DNA of 64,000 bases from Candidatus Poribacteria bacterium (GTDB lineage Bacteria; Poribacteria; WGA-4E; PCPOR2b). The translations under genes were made by a program, and so were the position numbers. The stretch covers positions 3,680,001-3,744,000 of the forward strand of contig OZ220744.1 in the NCBI GenBank assembly GCA_965116925.1. The letters run 5' to 3'. The notes under the pieces are model-generated. The model searched no databases and was not told the DNA's origin. It was given only the letters and a program-made list of their open reading frames with translations. This document shows positions 50,372 to 59,549 of the stretch, piece after piece (positions within the stretch are counted from its first letter, which is position 1; each line of letters begins with the position of its first letter).

Positions 50372-51774
50372 CAAAAATCACTTTAGGGGTAAAACCCAAG
50401 CATTTATGCTTGGGATACACCTATGCTTTAGCGTTATTTTTTTGTGTATTTTGTAGGTAAAACATGATATAATTATGGTGGCTTTCGTGGGAAGGTCTCA
50501 CACCACCGCACGGTGGTGCTTCCCACAGCCTTTGAGACAGGATATGAAAGCCAGAAAGCTAATTCCATGAAAACCTACAAGTTCAAACTGTATTCCAATC
50601 ACGGCAATCGTGATCTGCATAAGACAATAGAAGGACACGCTTCAGTCTGGAATCACTGCGTCGCACTCCAGCGTCGTTACTACGGCATCTATGGTAAATA
50701 TATCAGCAAGTTTAGACTGATCAATCATATCTCTAAACTCAAGCGGTTGGCTCGATTTGCCCATTGGAATCAGTTACCAAGCCAAGCGATACAGGACGTG
50801 GCGGCACGTCTTGATAAAGGCTACAAAGCGATGTTTGAAGCGCGTGCCGCTGGCAGGCGATGGGGTCGTCCCCGTTTCAAACCACGTCAGAAATATAAAT
50901 CTTTCACATTACTTCAAGCCGGCTGGGAACTTCTGCCGGGCAACTACATCAGAATCGGTAAACGAATCTACCGATACTTCAAATCCCGCGAGATACTTGG
51001 CACTCCAAAACGCTGCACTATCAAGCGGGACGCCGTCGGTGATGTCTATATCTGTGTCCTGACAGACTATGAAGAACCTGACCTGAACCGAGCCATGACG
51101 GGTAAAATCGCAGGCTTCGATTTCGGTCTGAAACGGTATCTCACCGGTCATAACGGGCACGATATAGAATCACCACAGTTTTTCAAGCGGAGCATTAACG
51201 CCATCAAACGTGCGAGCCGTAAGCACAGCACCAAGCGCAAAGGTTCAAAGAACCGAGAACGTGCACGACTGAACCTCGCCCGTAAACACCGCACCATCGA
51301 CCACCAGCGCAGCGACTTCCATTGGAAACTCGCACACCACCTGACCGATGCATATGACGAAATACGACTTGAAGACTTGAATCTACAGGGCATGAAAGCG
51401 CTCTGGGGTCGCAAGGTCAGCGATCTCGGCTTTGCTGATTTCGTTCTGAAGCTGGTGTATATCGCTTCTAAAAAAGGTGTTAAAATCACGTTCATCTATC
51501 GGTGGTATCCTTCGAGTCGAACCTGTTCCGCTTGTGGTGCGGTCAATGATGCGTTGAACCTCCGTGATAGGACGTGGCAGTGTCCGAACTGCCACACGCA
51601 GTTGGATAGAGATCGCAATGCTGCGGTCAATATCTATCGGGTTGGGGCATCAACCCATGCAGGAGAGGACGTAAGTCCCGGTTCGCCGGGCAATCCTTGT
51701 TGATAGCACAATTCGATTCCTATCGGAAAGGGACTCCTAAGAATCCCAATCCTTTAGGTTTGGGAGTATGTCAA
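50372..51774 (+). mobile_element. Non-autonomous IS200/IS605-family (IS1341-type) element, tnpB only
   Basis: LE hairpin 50395-50414 preceded by AAAA; RE GAAT + hairpin 51744-51765 + terminal TCAA; TTTAT at left flank. Confidence 0.8.
50567..51703 (+). CDS. tnpB: RNA-guided endonuclease TnpB
   Basis: YKFKLY N-terminus, RuvC GFDFG / LEDL / DRDRNAA, zinc finger CSAC..CPNC. Confidence 0.93.
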   Translation: MKTYKFKLYSNHGNRDLHKTIEGHASVWNHCVALQRRYYGIYGKYISKFRLINHISKLKRLARFAHWNQLPSQAIQDVAARLDKGYKAMFEARAAGRRWGRPRFKPRQKYKSFTLLQAGWELLPGNYIRIGKRIYRYFKSREILGTPKRCTIKRDAVGDVYICVLTDYEEPDLNRAMTGKIAGFDFGLKRYLTGHNGHDIESPQFFKRSINAIKRASRKHSTKRKGSKNRERARLNLARKHRTIDHQRSDFHWKLAHHLTDAYDEIRLEDLNLQGMKALWGRKVSDLGFADFVLKLVYIASKKGVKITFIYRWYPSSRTCSACGAVNDALNLRDRTWQCPNCHTQLDRDRNAAVNIYRVGASTHAGEDVSPGSPGNPC

Positions 51775-52427
51775 TGCTTCTCTAACCTCACACCGGTGAT
51801 GTTTTCTAATGCAGAAAGTTCTTGGACAAAACCGGTCCAACGTTTCGGGTCTTTCAATTTTACATGAAATTTCAACTCAGCGGTCTCCGATTTTGTTGTT
51901 CTCTGACCGATGAGTTGGCTGGATACCACCTGCTCACTAAAAATCGGTTTATAACTCTGCTCCTGCTCGGTCTCAAGTGGCATTTGGAAAGTTAGCAGAA
52001 ATTCACCGTCGTTGGCTGGAGCCATATGCCAGCGGTGAAGTCCGATAATGACGATGCTTATCAGGAAGGTTCCAATGACGGCCACCGGTGGATTACCGGC
52101 ACCGATTGCCATGCCAACAGCTAAGGAGAAAAAGACAAAGGCAATATCCCGCGCATCCTGAACCACGGTGCGAAAGCGGATGATTGACAGGGCACCTACG
52201 AGACTGAAGGCACGCGCCACACTATCGCCAATCACCACCATAACGACGGCAATGAGCATACAGAGAATGATTAGTGCATCGGTCATTGCATTTTCTGCTA
52301 TATCGGCGGTCCACCGGTAAACAGTAGCAACGACCAGACCGAGTCCAAATGCGAGTATCAGGTTGAGAACAATGGTCCCTAGCGTTGCGAGGGAGTATGG
52401 CGCAAAAATTTCTCGGATTATGTCCAT
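51771..52427 (-). CDS. DUF4956 family membrane protein
   Basis: IGDSVARAFSLVGALSIIRFRT. Confidence 0.85.
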   Translation of the reverse strand: MDIIREIFAPYSLATLGTIVLNLILAFGLGLVVATVYRWTADIAENAMTDALIILCMLIAVVMVVIGDSVARAFSLVGALSIIRFRTVVQDARDIAFVFFSLAVGMAIGAGNPPVAVIGTFLISIVIIGLHRWHMAPANDGEFLLTFQMPLETEQEQSYKPIFSEQVVSSQLIGQRTTKSETAELKFHVKLKDPKRWTGFVQELSALENITGVRLEKH

Positions 52428-52622
52428 CAGTTGGTCTATTTCCTAACGAATTCCTCTGTTTTCCATTTGAACATTTTGTGCCCTTTGGATACCCGTTTGA
52501 GCGGGCTCGGATTTGATTCATTAGGCAGATAGACCTCGCATTAGTTCGGAAAAAATGGGCGTAGTCGAAAAAATCTCGTTAGATTTCTATCTGTCTCTAT
52601 GACTGCGCTGATATTGTGGCAG

Positions 52623-55600
52623 CTACCGCATTGATACCTGTGTATCGCCAATCTTCCTGCGTAGCACGACACCCCACTGCCCAACAACCCATAGTGTATC
52701 TCCTTCCTTCGCACGGACAATCCGGTACAAATTATTCCCGATATCGGTATGCTCTTGTTCCCATGTGTCCCCGCCATCCGTTGAATGGAGAATTGTACCT
52801 TTGCTGCCGACAGCGTAGATTTCATCTTTAGACAGTGCAGTAACACTGTAGAGGTCTGCTGTAACGCCGCTAGATAGGGGCTCCCACTTAAATCCACCGC
52901 CGGTGGTTCGGAGTATGATACCGTAGGCTCCAACCGCCCAACCCTTACGCTTGGTAATGAATGAGACATCATACAGGCTGTAGCCCGTATTGGTTTCATG
53001 GAATTTCCAGTAGCCGCCGCCATTGATGGTACGTTGAACAATGCCGTCGTCGCCCACCGCCCAGCCAAGCGGTGCGTGCTTCATATCGATCCCGTAAAGG
53101 TTTTTCCCGGTTGATGTCCGTTGGGGCGTCCAGATGGGGCCTCCGTCCTGATTGTGGATAATCTGTCCGTCGCTACCGGCTGCCCAACCTTCGGAGAATT
53201 GTTTAAACATAACCTCGTTGATTGAGAAAGACCGCGGTGGATCATCTTCAAAGAAACCAGGACGCATCGGCGTCTCGCCAGCCGACCAGTTTTCACCGTC
53301 GGTCGTGTAGAGGACCGTGCCATCACGCCGCATCGCCCACCCCCATTTCGGATCGAGACTAGGGAAGTGGACACCAATCAATCGTTGCCGGGATCTACTA
53401 TTCAAGGTCGTCCATGTACCTCCACCATCCTGTGTTTCCAGCAACAGACCATTATCCCCAGCGATCCAGCCCTGGTGATCGTTGAGAAACAGGACATCCC
53501 GAAAATCATCCAGTTGTTCGCCGAGTTGTCGTTCCCATGTCTTTCCACCGTTTGTCGTGTGGAAGATATGCCCAGCCTCACCGACTGCCCACGCAATCTG
53601 GTCGTCAACGAAATGGATATTGTTAATTAAACGGTTCCCGCGTCTCCTGTTTCGTTGCGGTTGCGGACGGTCTTGTTGGGCAGCCCTTCGCTGTCTTTGT
53701 ACTTCGTTGGAAGGTTGCACGTTTTCACCACCGAGGTCGCCTTCTGGTGTAAAACGTCCGGTGCGTTGCCGTCTATCGCTCATCTCTGTTTGGAACTGTT
53801 CCGCGAAAGTCTCATCCAACGGATTGTCGATGTCATCGGGTTGTTCGCCGGTGCTGTCGTCTGATTCCCCTCCCTCCTCCAGCCAGAGTGCGAGCCAATC
53901 GATATCCTCTCCATCTGCGTCTGCGATCCCAGCGTTGACAGAACTTTCATGCTGTGGAACGTTTGTCCCTTTCCACGTTTGACCGCCGTTGCGTGTGATG
54001 AAGAGCCTGCCATCCCCTCCAAGTACCCACGCTGTTTGGTGGTTTTGGAAGGTGATTCGACCAATTCGCCGGGGTGGCCAGCCGCTATCTGAATCAGAAA
54101 GGACGCGCTTCCAAGTGATGCCGCCGTCATGGGTTGCGATCGATGCACCATTCGTCAGCACAACCCACCCTGATTTTGAGTCGGCAAAATGGACGGCGAT
54201 AGCGGGCTGGTTGGTGTTGTCAAGGACCTTCCAATAGTTGCCCCCATCGGTGGTATGCAGAATGACTCCGCCCTCCCTCGCTCCGCCATCAAGACGTTCT
54301 CGCAGGACTGCCCATCCTTCGAGACCGTTGATGAAATGAAGATCAACAATCGGGTTCTCATTCATTCCGGTCCGCTGGCGGTTCCACGTCAGCCCGCCAT
54401 CGGTAGTGTGCAGCATCTCTGCAGCACCGACGCCTAGCCAGCCCTCTTTGGGACTGATAAACTGCATCGTGTTGACACGGCGGAAGTTTTGCAGAACACC
54501 CTTCACAACCTGCCATGTTTTCCCGCTATCTTCGGTCCGGAGCAGCATACGACTGCCTGTGATCCATCCATGCGATTTATCAACAAACATAACCTGATGC
54601 AGATCAGCATCAACGCTGCTATGTTGTGGTAGCCAAGTTGCACCGCCATCAGTCGTGTGAGCGATAACGCCGCCCCTGCCCACCGTCCAGCCGGTGTGCT
54701 CGTCAAGGAAGTAGGTATCTAAAAAGTCGGTCTGCCATGTCGCGCGACGGATAATATCCCAATGGTAGGTTACCTCCTCGACCGTTACCTCCTCTTCAGG
54801 GATTTCGGGCTCTTCAACAATCTCCATTACAGGTGGCAAAGCTACAGGGAGCTGCTCTGTGTCAATCGAATACCGCATCGCTATCCCGCCGCGTCCCACT
54901 GCGACCATTCCCTCTGGTGAGAATGAGAATCCCAAGAGATCGTTCTCCGTGCCGCTTTCCTGTTTCTCCCATTTTGCGCCGCCGTTGGTCGTAGTCAGAA
55001 TCACTCCCTTGTCGCCAACGATGATCCCGTACGACGTGTCAGCGAGGTAGACCTTGTTCAGATTCTCCTCAACACGGCTCGGTTGAAACCGCCATGTTTG
55101 ACCCCCATCTTTTGTATGCAGAATTTCACCGAACTGACCGACGATCCAACCGTTGTTGCTGTCTGTAAAGTGAACCCCATACAGTTCGTTAAAGGTTCCG
55201 GAGGTCTGCGATGTCCACGATAATCCACCGTTAGTTGTATGGTAGACGACCCCGGGCCAACCGACCACCCAACCCTCTTTTTCATTTAGGAAGAAGGCAC
55301 CTTTGAGCGAGTGAAATTCGGTTGGCGTCTGGGGCACCCACGATTTGCCCCCATCAGCGGTATGTATGACTGTGCCGAGTTCACCGACCGCCCAACCCTT
55401 TTTCGATGTCACAAAGTAGATGCCGTTGAGCATGTGCTCCGCCCCGGCGTATTGACGGTCCCAGGTCCGTCCACCGTCGGTGGTATGGGCAATCATGTTC
55501 CGCTCGCCAATCAACCAGCCTTCTTTGTCAGAGATAAAAAAGACGTTGCGGATATTATCCCAGATATCAGTATCAACCTCCTCCCACGTTTCCCCACCGT

Positions 55601-56693
55601 CTTCGGATACCACGATAGCCCCGCGTTGTCCGACAGCAATTGCACGGTTCTCCGAGGTGAACTGGATGTTTTCTAGATCGTTTGCTGTGGTGCCGCTCCT
55701 CATTGTCCATGTGCTCCCGCCATCTGTCGATTGCATGATTGTACCATGCCAACCGACCGCCCACGCTTCGGTTCCGCTTGTGAACTGAACAGCCATTAGG
55801 TTGTTTTCTGTGATACTGTCTAACAGCCGCCAGTTATCGCCGCCATCTTCGGTGAATGTGATAAATCCGATATCGGCGACCGCCAAACCACGCTTGTTGT
55901 CTATGAAGTGGATGCCGTTGACGGTTTCCTTGACGTGACCGTTGATATTCGGAATGCGGCTATCTTGCATGTTCCACTGGGTCCCGCCGTTCTGTGTATG
56001 GAAAATTGAGCCATCGGTGCCCGCGAGCCAGCCTTCATCATCATCTACGAAAATGACACGCCTATTGTCGTTGACCAGTCGGGTTCGTGCAAATTGGTGG
56101 CGGGTGCTCTGCTCTTGCCACGTCTTTCCGCCATCATTCGTATGAAGGATACGTTCATATTCGCCAACTGCCCAGCCGCGCTGATCATCAACAAACCAGA
56201 TCTCGTTGAGGGGAAAGTCGCTTGCATAACTTTGGCGTTCCCAAGTCTTTCCACCGTTCTTTGTAACGATTACATAGTTATCTTCCCCAACCACCCAGCC
56301 TTCGTGGGAATCAGCAAAGAAGACATCTCTGAGCATGCCGGAGGTATTGCTGTCTTGGAGATACCAATGTCTGCCACCATCATCGGTCGAAGCGACGACA
56401 CCGTTGTCTCCCGCAACCCAGCCGTATTTTAGGTTCGTAAAGTAGACCGCTTTGAGATCTTCTGTTGTCCCAACTTCTTGGCGATTCCACGTTTTGCCAC
56501 CATTATTCGTGTGAACAATGAACCCCTTTTCTCCGACAATCCAACCGTATTGGGAGTTGGCGAAGTGGAGGTCTGTGAAATGGGTTTCCCAATCGGCTTT
56601 GCGGGTGGCTTCTTGCGTACAACCGATAAGTAGCATAGCGACCCCAAAAACAGTTGTCACGACTTGATAGATGTGTTGAAAGATTTGTTTCAT
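52623..56693 (-). CDS. Giant Ycf48/BNR-repeat multi-propeller lipoprotein
   Basis: Over 20 GW.VG..G.I.HT.DGG.TW repeats; LLIGC lipobox. Confidence 0.85.
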   Translation of the reverse strand: MKQIFQHIYQVVTTVFGVAMLLIGCTQEATRKADWETHFTDLHFANSQYGWIVGEKGFIVHTNNGGKTWNRQEVGTTEDLKAVYFTNLKYGWVAGDNGVVASTDDGGRHWYLQDSNTSGMLRDVFFADSHEGWVVGEDNYVIVTKNGGKTWERQSYASDFPLNEIWFVDDQRGWAVGEYERILHTNDGGKTWQEQSTRHQFARTRLVNDNRRVIFVDDDEGWLAGTDGSIFHTQNGGTQWNMQDSRIPNINGHVKETVNGIHFIDNKRGLAVADIGFITFTEDGGDNWRLLDSITENNLMAVQFTSGTEAWAVGWHGTIMQSTDGGSTWTMRSGTTANDLENIQFTSENRAIAVGQRGAIVVSEDGGETWEEVDTDIWDNIRNVFFISDKEGWLIGERNMIAHTTDGGRTWDRQYAGAEHMLNGIYFVTSKKGWAVGELGTVIHTADGGKSWVPQTPTEFHSLKGAFFLNEKEGWVVGWPGVVYHTTNGGLSWTSQTSGTFNELYGVHFTDSNNGWIVGQFGEILHTKDGGQTWRFQPSRVEENLNKVYLADTSYGIIVGDKGVILTTTNGGAKWEKQESGTENDLLGFSFSPEGMVAVGRGGIAMRYSIDTEQLPVALPPVMEIVEEPEIPEEEVTVEEVTYHWDIIRRATWQTDFLDTYFLDEHTGWTVGRGGVIAHTTDGGATWLPQHSSVDADLHQVMFVDKSHGWITGSRMLLRTEDSGKTWQVVKGVLQNFRRVNTMQFISPKEGWLGVGAAEMLHTTDGGLTWNRQRTGMNENPIVDLHFINGLEGWAVLRERLDGGAREGGVILHTTDGGNYWKVLDNTNQPAIAVHFADSKSGWVVLTNGASIATHDGGITWKRVLSDSDSGWPPRRIGRITFQNHQTAWVLGGDGRLFITRNGGQTWKGTNVPQHESSVNAGIADADGEDIDWLALWLEEGGESDDSTGEQPDDIDNPLDETFAEQFQTEMSDRRQRTGRFTPEGDLGGENVQPSNEVQRQRRAAQQDRPQPQRNRRRGNRLINNIHFVDDQIAWAVGEAGHIFHTTNGGKTWERQLGEQLDDFRDVLFLNDHQGWIAGDNGLLLETQDGGGTWTTLNSRSRQRLIGVHFPSLDPKWGWAMRRDGTVLYTTDGENWSAGETPMRPGFFEDDPPRSFSINEVMFKQFSEGWAAGSDGQIIHNQDGGPIWTPQRTSTGKNLYGIDMKHAPLGWAVGDDGIVQRTINGGGYWKFHETNTGYSLYDVSFITKRKGWAVGAYGIILRTTGGGFKWEPLSSGVTADLYSVTALSKDEIYAVGSKGTILHSTDGGDTWEQEHTDIGNNLYRIVRAKEGDTLWVVGQWGVVLRRKIGDTQVSMR

Positions 56694-56742
56694 CAATGTC
56701 CTCCCGGTGGGCATTTTGAGGGTATCATATCGCGTGTAAAAT

Positions 56743-56966
56743 TATAGTGAACTCAAAAAATAAATAGACACTTTCGCCCCTCACCTGGTAGGTGCGGTTT
56801 TATGAAAATTAAAAAAACAGTTCGGTAATTTGCTAGCGACACCGGCGCGGTTGAAAACCGCGCCTACCGTATGTTTCAAGGAAAATAGGGATTACCGATT
56901 TAAATACTTAAACTTCATTCAACCGCACTGGTTTGGCGTGTTTCATTAATTCTAAGGTCCACTATG
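56743..56966. mobile_element. MITE family A (reverse orientation) interrupted by family B
   Basis: Reverse complement of the 19669 element with a 117-bp insert in its REP loop. Confidence 0.8.
56802..56918. mobile_element. MITE family B, 117 bp
   Basis: Nearly identical to 27130..27246. Confidence 0.85.
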
Positions 56967-56969
56967 GAT

Positions 56970-57422
56970 TTACTCCATTGACGTTCCCAAGATTTGATAC
57001 AGTTCAAATTGAGGTGCGCCGGCTTCCACCTTCATTCCCTCACCATATTCTTTTAAGGCGGTGGGTGTTGCTGTAATGAGTTTGGCAAATACCGTTTCAT
57101 CCGTCAGTTCAGCCATCATTACAAAATCAGGTTGATCGGTGTTCGGGGGTGCTCCCGGTCCTGGAAGTTGCATCCGCTTGAGCGCGGTAATCTTCAAACC
57201 CTCAATCCCTTTTGCCGCTGATAGCAACTTCTCCTTTAGAAGTTGCTCAGCGACCTCCGCATCTCCGGTGGGGGTCAGGTGCAATTTGGCGAAAACCAAG
57301 ATAGTGTATTTGGGAGCGTCTTCCTGCTGCGCTTTAGCTATCAATGATATACCTATTCCCAGCATACAGATAAGAATAAGTCCAACACATACGTTTTTGA
57401 AACTGATTCGGTTCATCATCAT
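56970..57422 (-). CDS. Hypothetical exported protein
   Basis: GAGGT SD; signal peptide ending AKA. Confidence 0.65.
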   Translation of the reverse strand: MMMNRISFKNVCVGLILICMLGIGISLIAKAQQEDAPKYTILVFAKLHLTPTGDAEVAEQLLKEKLLSAAKGIEGLKITALKRMQLPGPGAPPNTDQPDFVMMAELTDETVFAKLITATPTALKEYGEGMKVEAGAPQFELYQILGTSME

Positions 57423-57610
57423 TTACCTCATTTTAGAAATTGGGTTCTGAATCTGGGGTTCGTGTCCCGTTGAATAGACGTTGTAGATCAGCAATTATAC
57501 CATGTACTGTATTTAGGACGGTAAATCCAGTTTTTGTTCGGCAAAAAATGGACTGGAGCGAAAAATCTCATCCCGTTTGGAAAGACACCATGAAGTTTCG
57601 CAGGTAGGGC

Positions 57611-57638
57611 ATTATACCACAAAAACAGGAATCGTCAA
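57611..57638 (-). promoter_or_regulatory. Candidate sigma-70 promoter TTGACG-N16-TATAAT (extended -10)
   Basis: Near-consensus hexamers upstream of 57422. Confidence 0.45.
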
Positions 57639-57686
57639 AGTCCCCCAGATCTGTGCACAAGTGATTGCATGCCTGCGAAATATTTG

Positions 57687-57722
57687 AAAAAAAAAGCAGC
57701 CAAGCGAATGGCTTGGCTGCTT
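57687..57722 (-). terminator. Rho-independent terminator of the DUF4159 gene
   Basis: GCAGCCAAGC/GCTTGGCTGC stem followed by U9 on the minus strand. Confidence 0.85.
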
Positions 57723-57761
57723 ATGTAACATAATGTGAAGGTTTGTCCAAATCAGTAGGCT

Positions 57762-59240
57762 TTATTCAACGGCACCAATTTTCGCAGCTTCAGGCGCACT
57801 GGTCGGCAGTCTCTTCTTTGCCATTGTATCTTCTGGCACATAACCGGAGTAGTCAGAAATCGAGCCGTGTGTCAGTGCGTAAACTGCAACATTGGTCATG
57901 AAACGATAAACACCTGGTGAATAGTGGACACTACGGGTTGGCAAACTCACCGACTCCATCGCACACATATAATCACGACGGAATACTAACACGGAAACAT
58001 GGTCGCCAACCATAACCCCTTCGAGATAGTTCCGTTTCGGCGGGTGAGTTCCCCACCACCACAGGTCGAATCCAACCGGTGGTCCACCCATCTCATAGAA
58101 GTTGCTGTACATCTCATGGTCATTCGGAATTCGTGTTACCTGATATTCAGGCATAACAAAGCGCATCTGAGCGAGGAACAGACGAATCATTGCCTGCGCT
58201 GGTGCGTTCACACCACAGTCGTCAAAAGCAAGGACGCCGCCTCTTTCGACAAGATACCGACGGAGTGAGGCTGCTTCAGTTTCAGACAGACGGTTGTCCA
58301 ATTTACCGCCACCGTACTGACGACTCATCAGGTTCTTGGAACGGGTAAGTGCTGGGTCATGACCCGTCATGAAAAGCATAGGTGCTTTATGTAGGTTCGC
58401 ATCGGTAAACTTGAGCGCGCCACCCTCGACGTTCATGTCGGTTTTAATCTTCGTCCGTTCGTTCATCCACTTCGTCCACGCGTTCAGCGAGGAGGCATCA
58501 GCCCACCAGTCAGAGAGACTGTGACGGACACGGGTGAAGCGGAACACGCCACGAATATCGGCACCACGACCAATGACACGACCACCGGGTTCGCCACGGG
58601 GCAGTGGAGGCACTTCTACGTTACCCAAAGTAATGTTCTCAACAACATCACCCAAGGCATCGCGAGTTGCACCAACATGTTCAACCATAGCGAGTCCAGC
58701 CGGACGTTCAAAAGCGACCTTCACCTGTACGACACCGCCGATACCACGACCAATGTTAGCGGGTGCGGCACTTGGCGCCGTTGCGACGGGTGCGGAAAAC
58801 GCTAGTGCGCCGGGAGCGTCAGAAACGGGCAAGTCGGCATGTGTCACAACTTGCGGCACTGGTGCGTTGGCACTGACCACTTTGGGGACGTTCGGGTTGA
58901 TAGGGGCATCCAATTTTACTACTTTATTGGAAAATTCCAAAACAGTTTGTGGTTGTACGGAGGTCGGACGCACGACCGCTGCTGTTGTCACTCTGGGTTT
59001 GACCTGAACATTTTCGACAACCACTGTATTTGTGGTTGGAACGGTCGGTTTGACCACCGGCTTGATGACCGGTTTACGAACTTGCGGTTTGGGGGGCTCT
59101 TTCGCCTGTAGCACCTCAGCACCGACTAAGTCTTTAAACTGCTGGGTCTGGGTAACGAGATAGATACCTGCGATAACAAAGGCGACTCCGTGAACAATCA
59201 ACGAGGTCATCAAAGCCCCTGAAGTCTTCTTGGCACTCAT
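57762..59240 (-). CDS. DUF4159-domain protein with N-terminal TM anchor and Pro/Val-rich linker
   Basis: SLIVH anchor; PMLFMTGH, LRRYLVERGGVLAFDDCG, NVAVYALTH. Confidence 0.75.
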   Translation of the reverse strand: MSAKKTSGALMTSLIVHGVAFVIAGIYLVTQTQQFKDLVGAEVLQAKEPPKPQVRKPVIKPVVKPTVPTTNTVVVENVQVKPRVTTAAVVRPTSVQPQTVLEFSNKVVKLDAPINPNVPKVVSANAPVPQVVTHADLPVSDAPGALAFSAPVATAPSAAPANIGRGIGGVVQVKVAFERPAGLAMVEHVGATRDALGDVVENITLGNVEVPPLPRGEPGGRVIGRGADIRGVFRFTRVRHSLSDWWADASSLNAWTKWMNERTKIKTDMNVEGGALKFTDANLHKAPMLFMTGHDPALTRSKNLMSRQYGGGKLDNRLSETEAASLRRYLVERGGVLAFDDCGVNAPAQAMIRLFLAQMRFVMPEYQVTRIPNDHEMYSNFYEMGGPPVGFDLWWWGTHPPKRNYLEGVMVGDHVSVLVFRRDYMCAMESVSLPTRSVHYSPGVYRFMTNVAVYALTHGSISDYSGYVPEDTMAKKRLPTSAPEAAKIGAVE

Positions 59241-59335
59241 ATTTTTCCTCCAAAAATTTTGTTTGTGTATAAAGATTTAAGCAAACCCTCACATCATGTA
59301 CGATGTAAAAGTAAACTGTAATGTATCGGCATAAC

Positions 59336-59351
59336 AGCAATTAGTGTGCCA
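59336..59351 (-). promoter_or_regulatory. Sigma-54 promoter TGGCAC-ACTAA-TTGCT
   Basis: Exact -24/-12 consensus, oriented toward the 59240 ATG. Confidence 0.8.
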
Positions 59352-59425
59352 TGTCCTATAAGTTCAAGGATATCCACAGAAACAGGGATTTCTGTCGCGG
59401 ATTAATTGACTTTAAGGCACTAAAA

Positions 59426-59474
59426 TGCACCAAATGGTGTAGAACGGACTTTTGAAATTGCACCAAATGGTGCA
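59426..59474. promoter_or_regulatory. Two enhancer-like palindromes TGCACCAAATGGTGYA, 33 bp apart
   Basis: 59426-59441 and 59459-59474; NtrC-box-like. Confidence 0.7.
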
Positions 59475-59549
59475 GTTTTTTCGTCAATCCTACAGATATG
59501 AAGGATTCTGCCCACACACTATCGGTTGAGTAGAGTTGGGAAAAAGGGA

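Noticed and set aside
50372..51774. IStron or Cas12 locus
   Set aside because: The element is antisense to the host gene, no group I intron core was recognised, and there is no CRISPR array.
52623..56693. Photosynthesis gene
   Set aside because: Ycf48-like repeats are generic BNR propellers; no photosystem genes are present.
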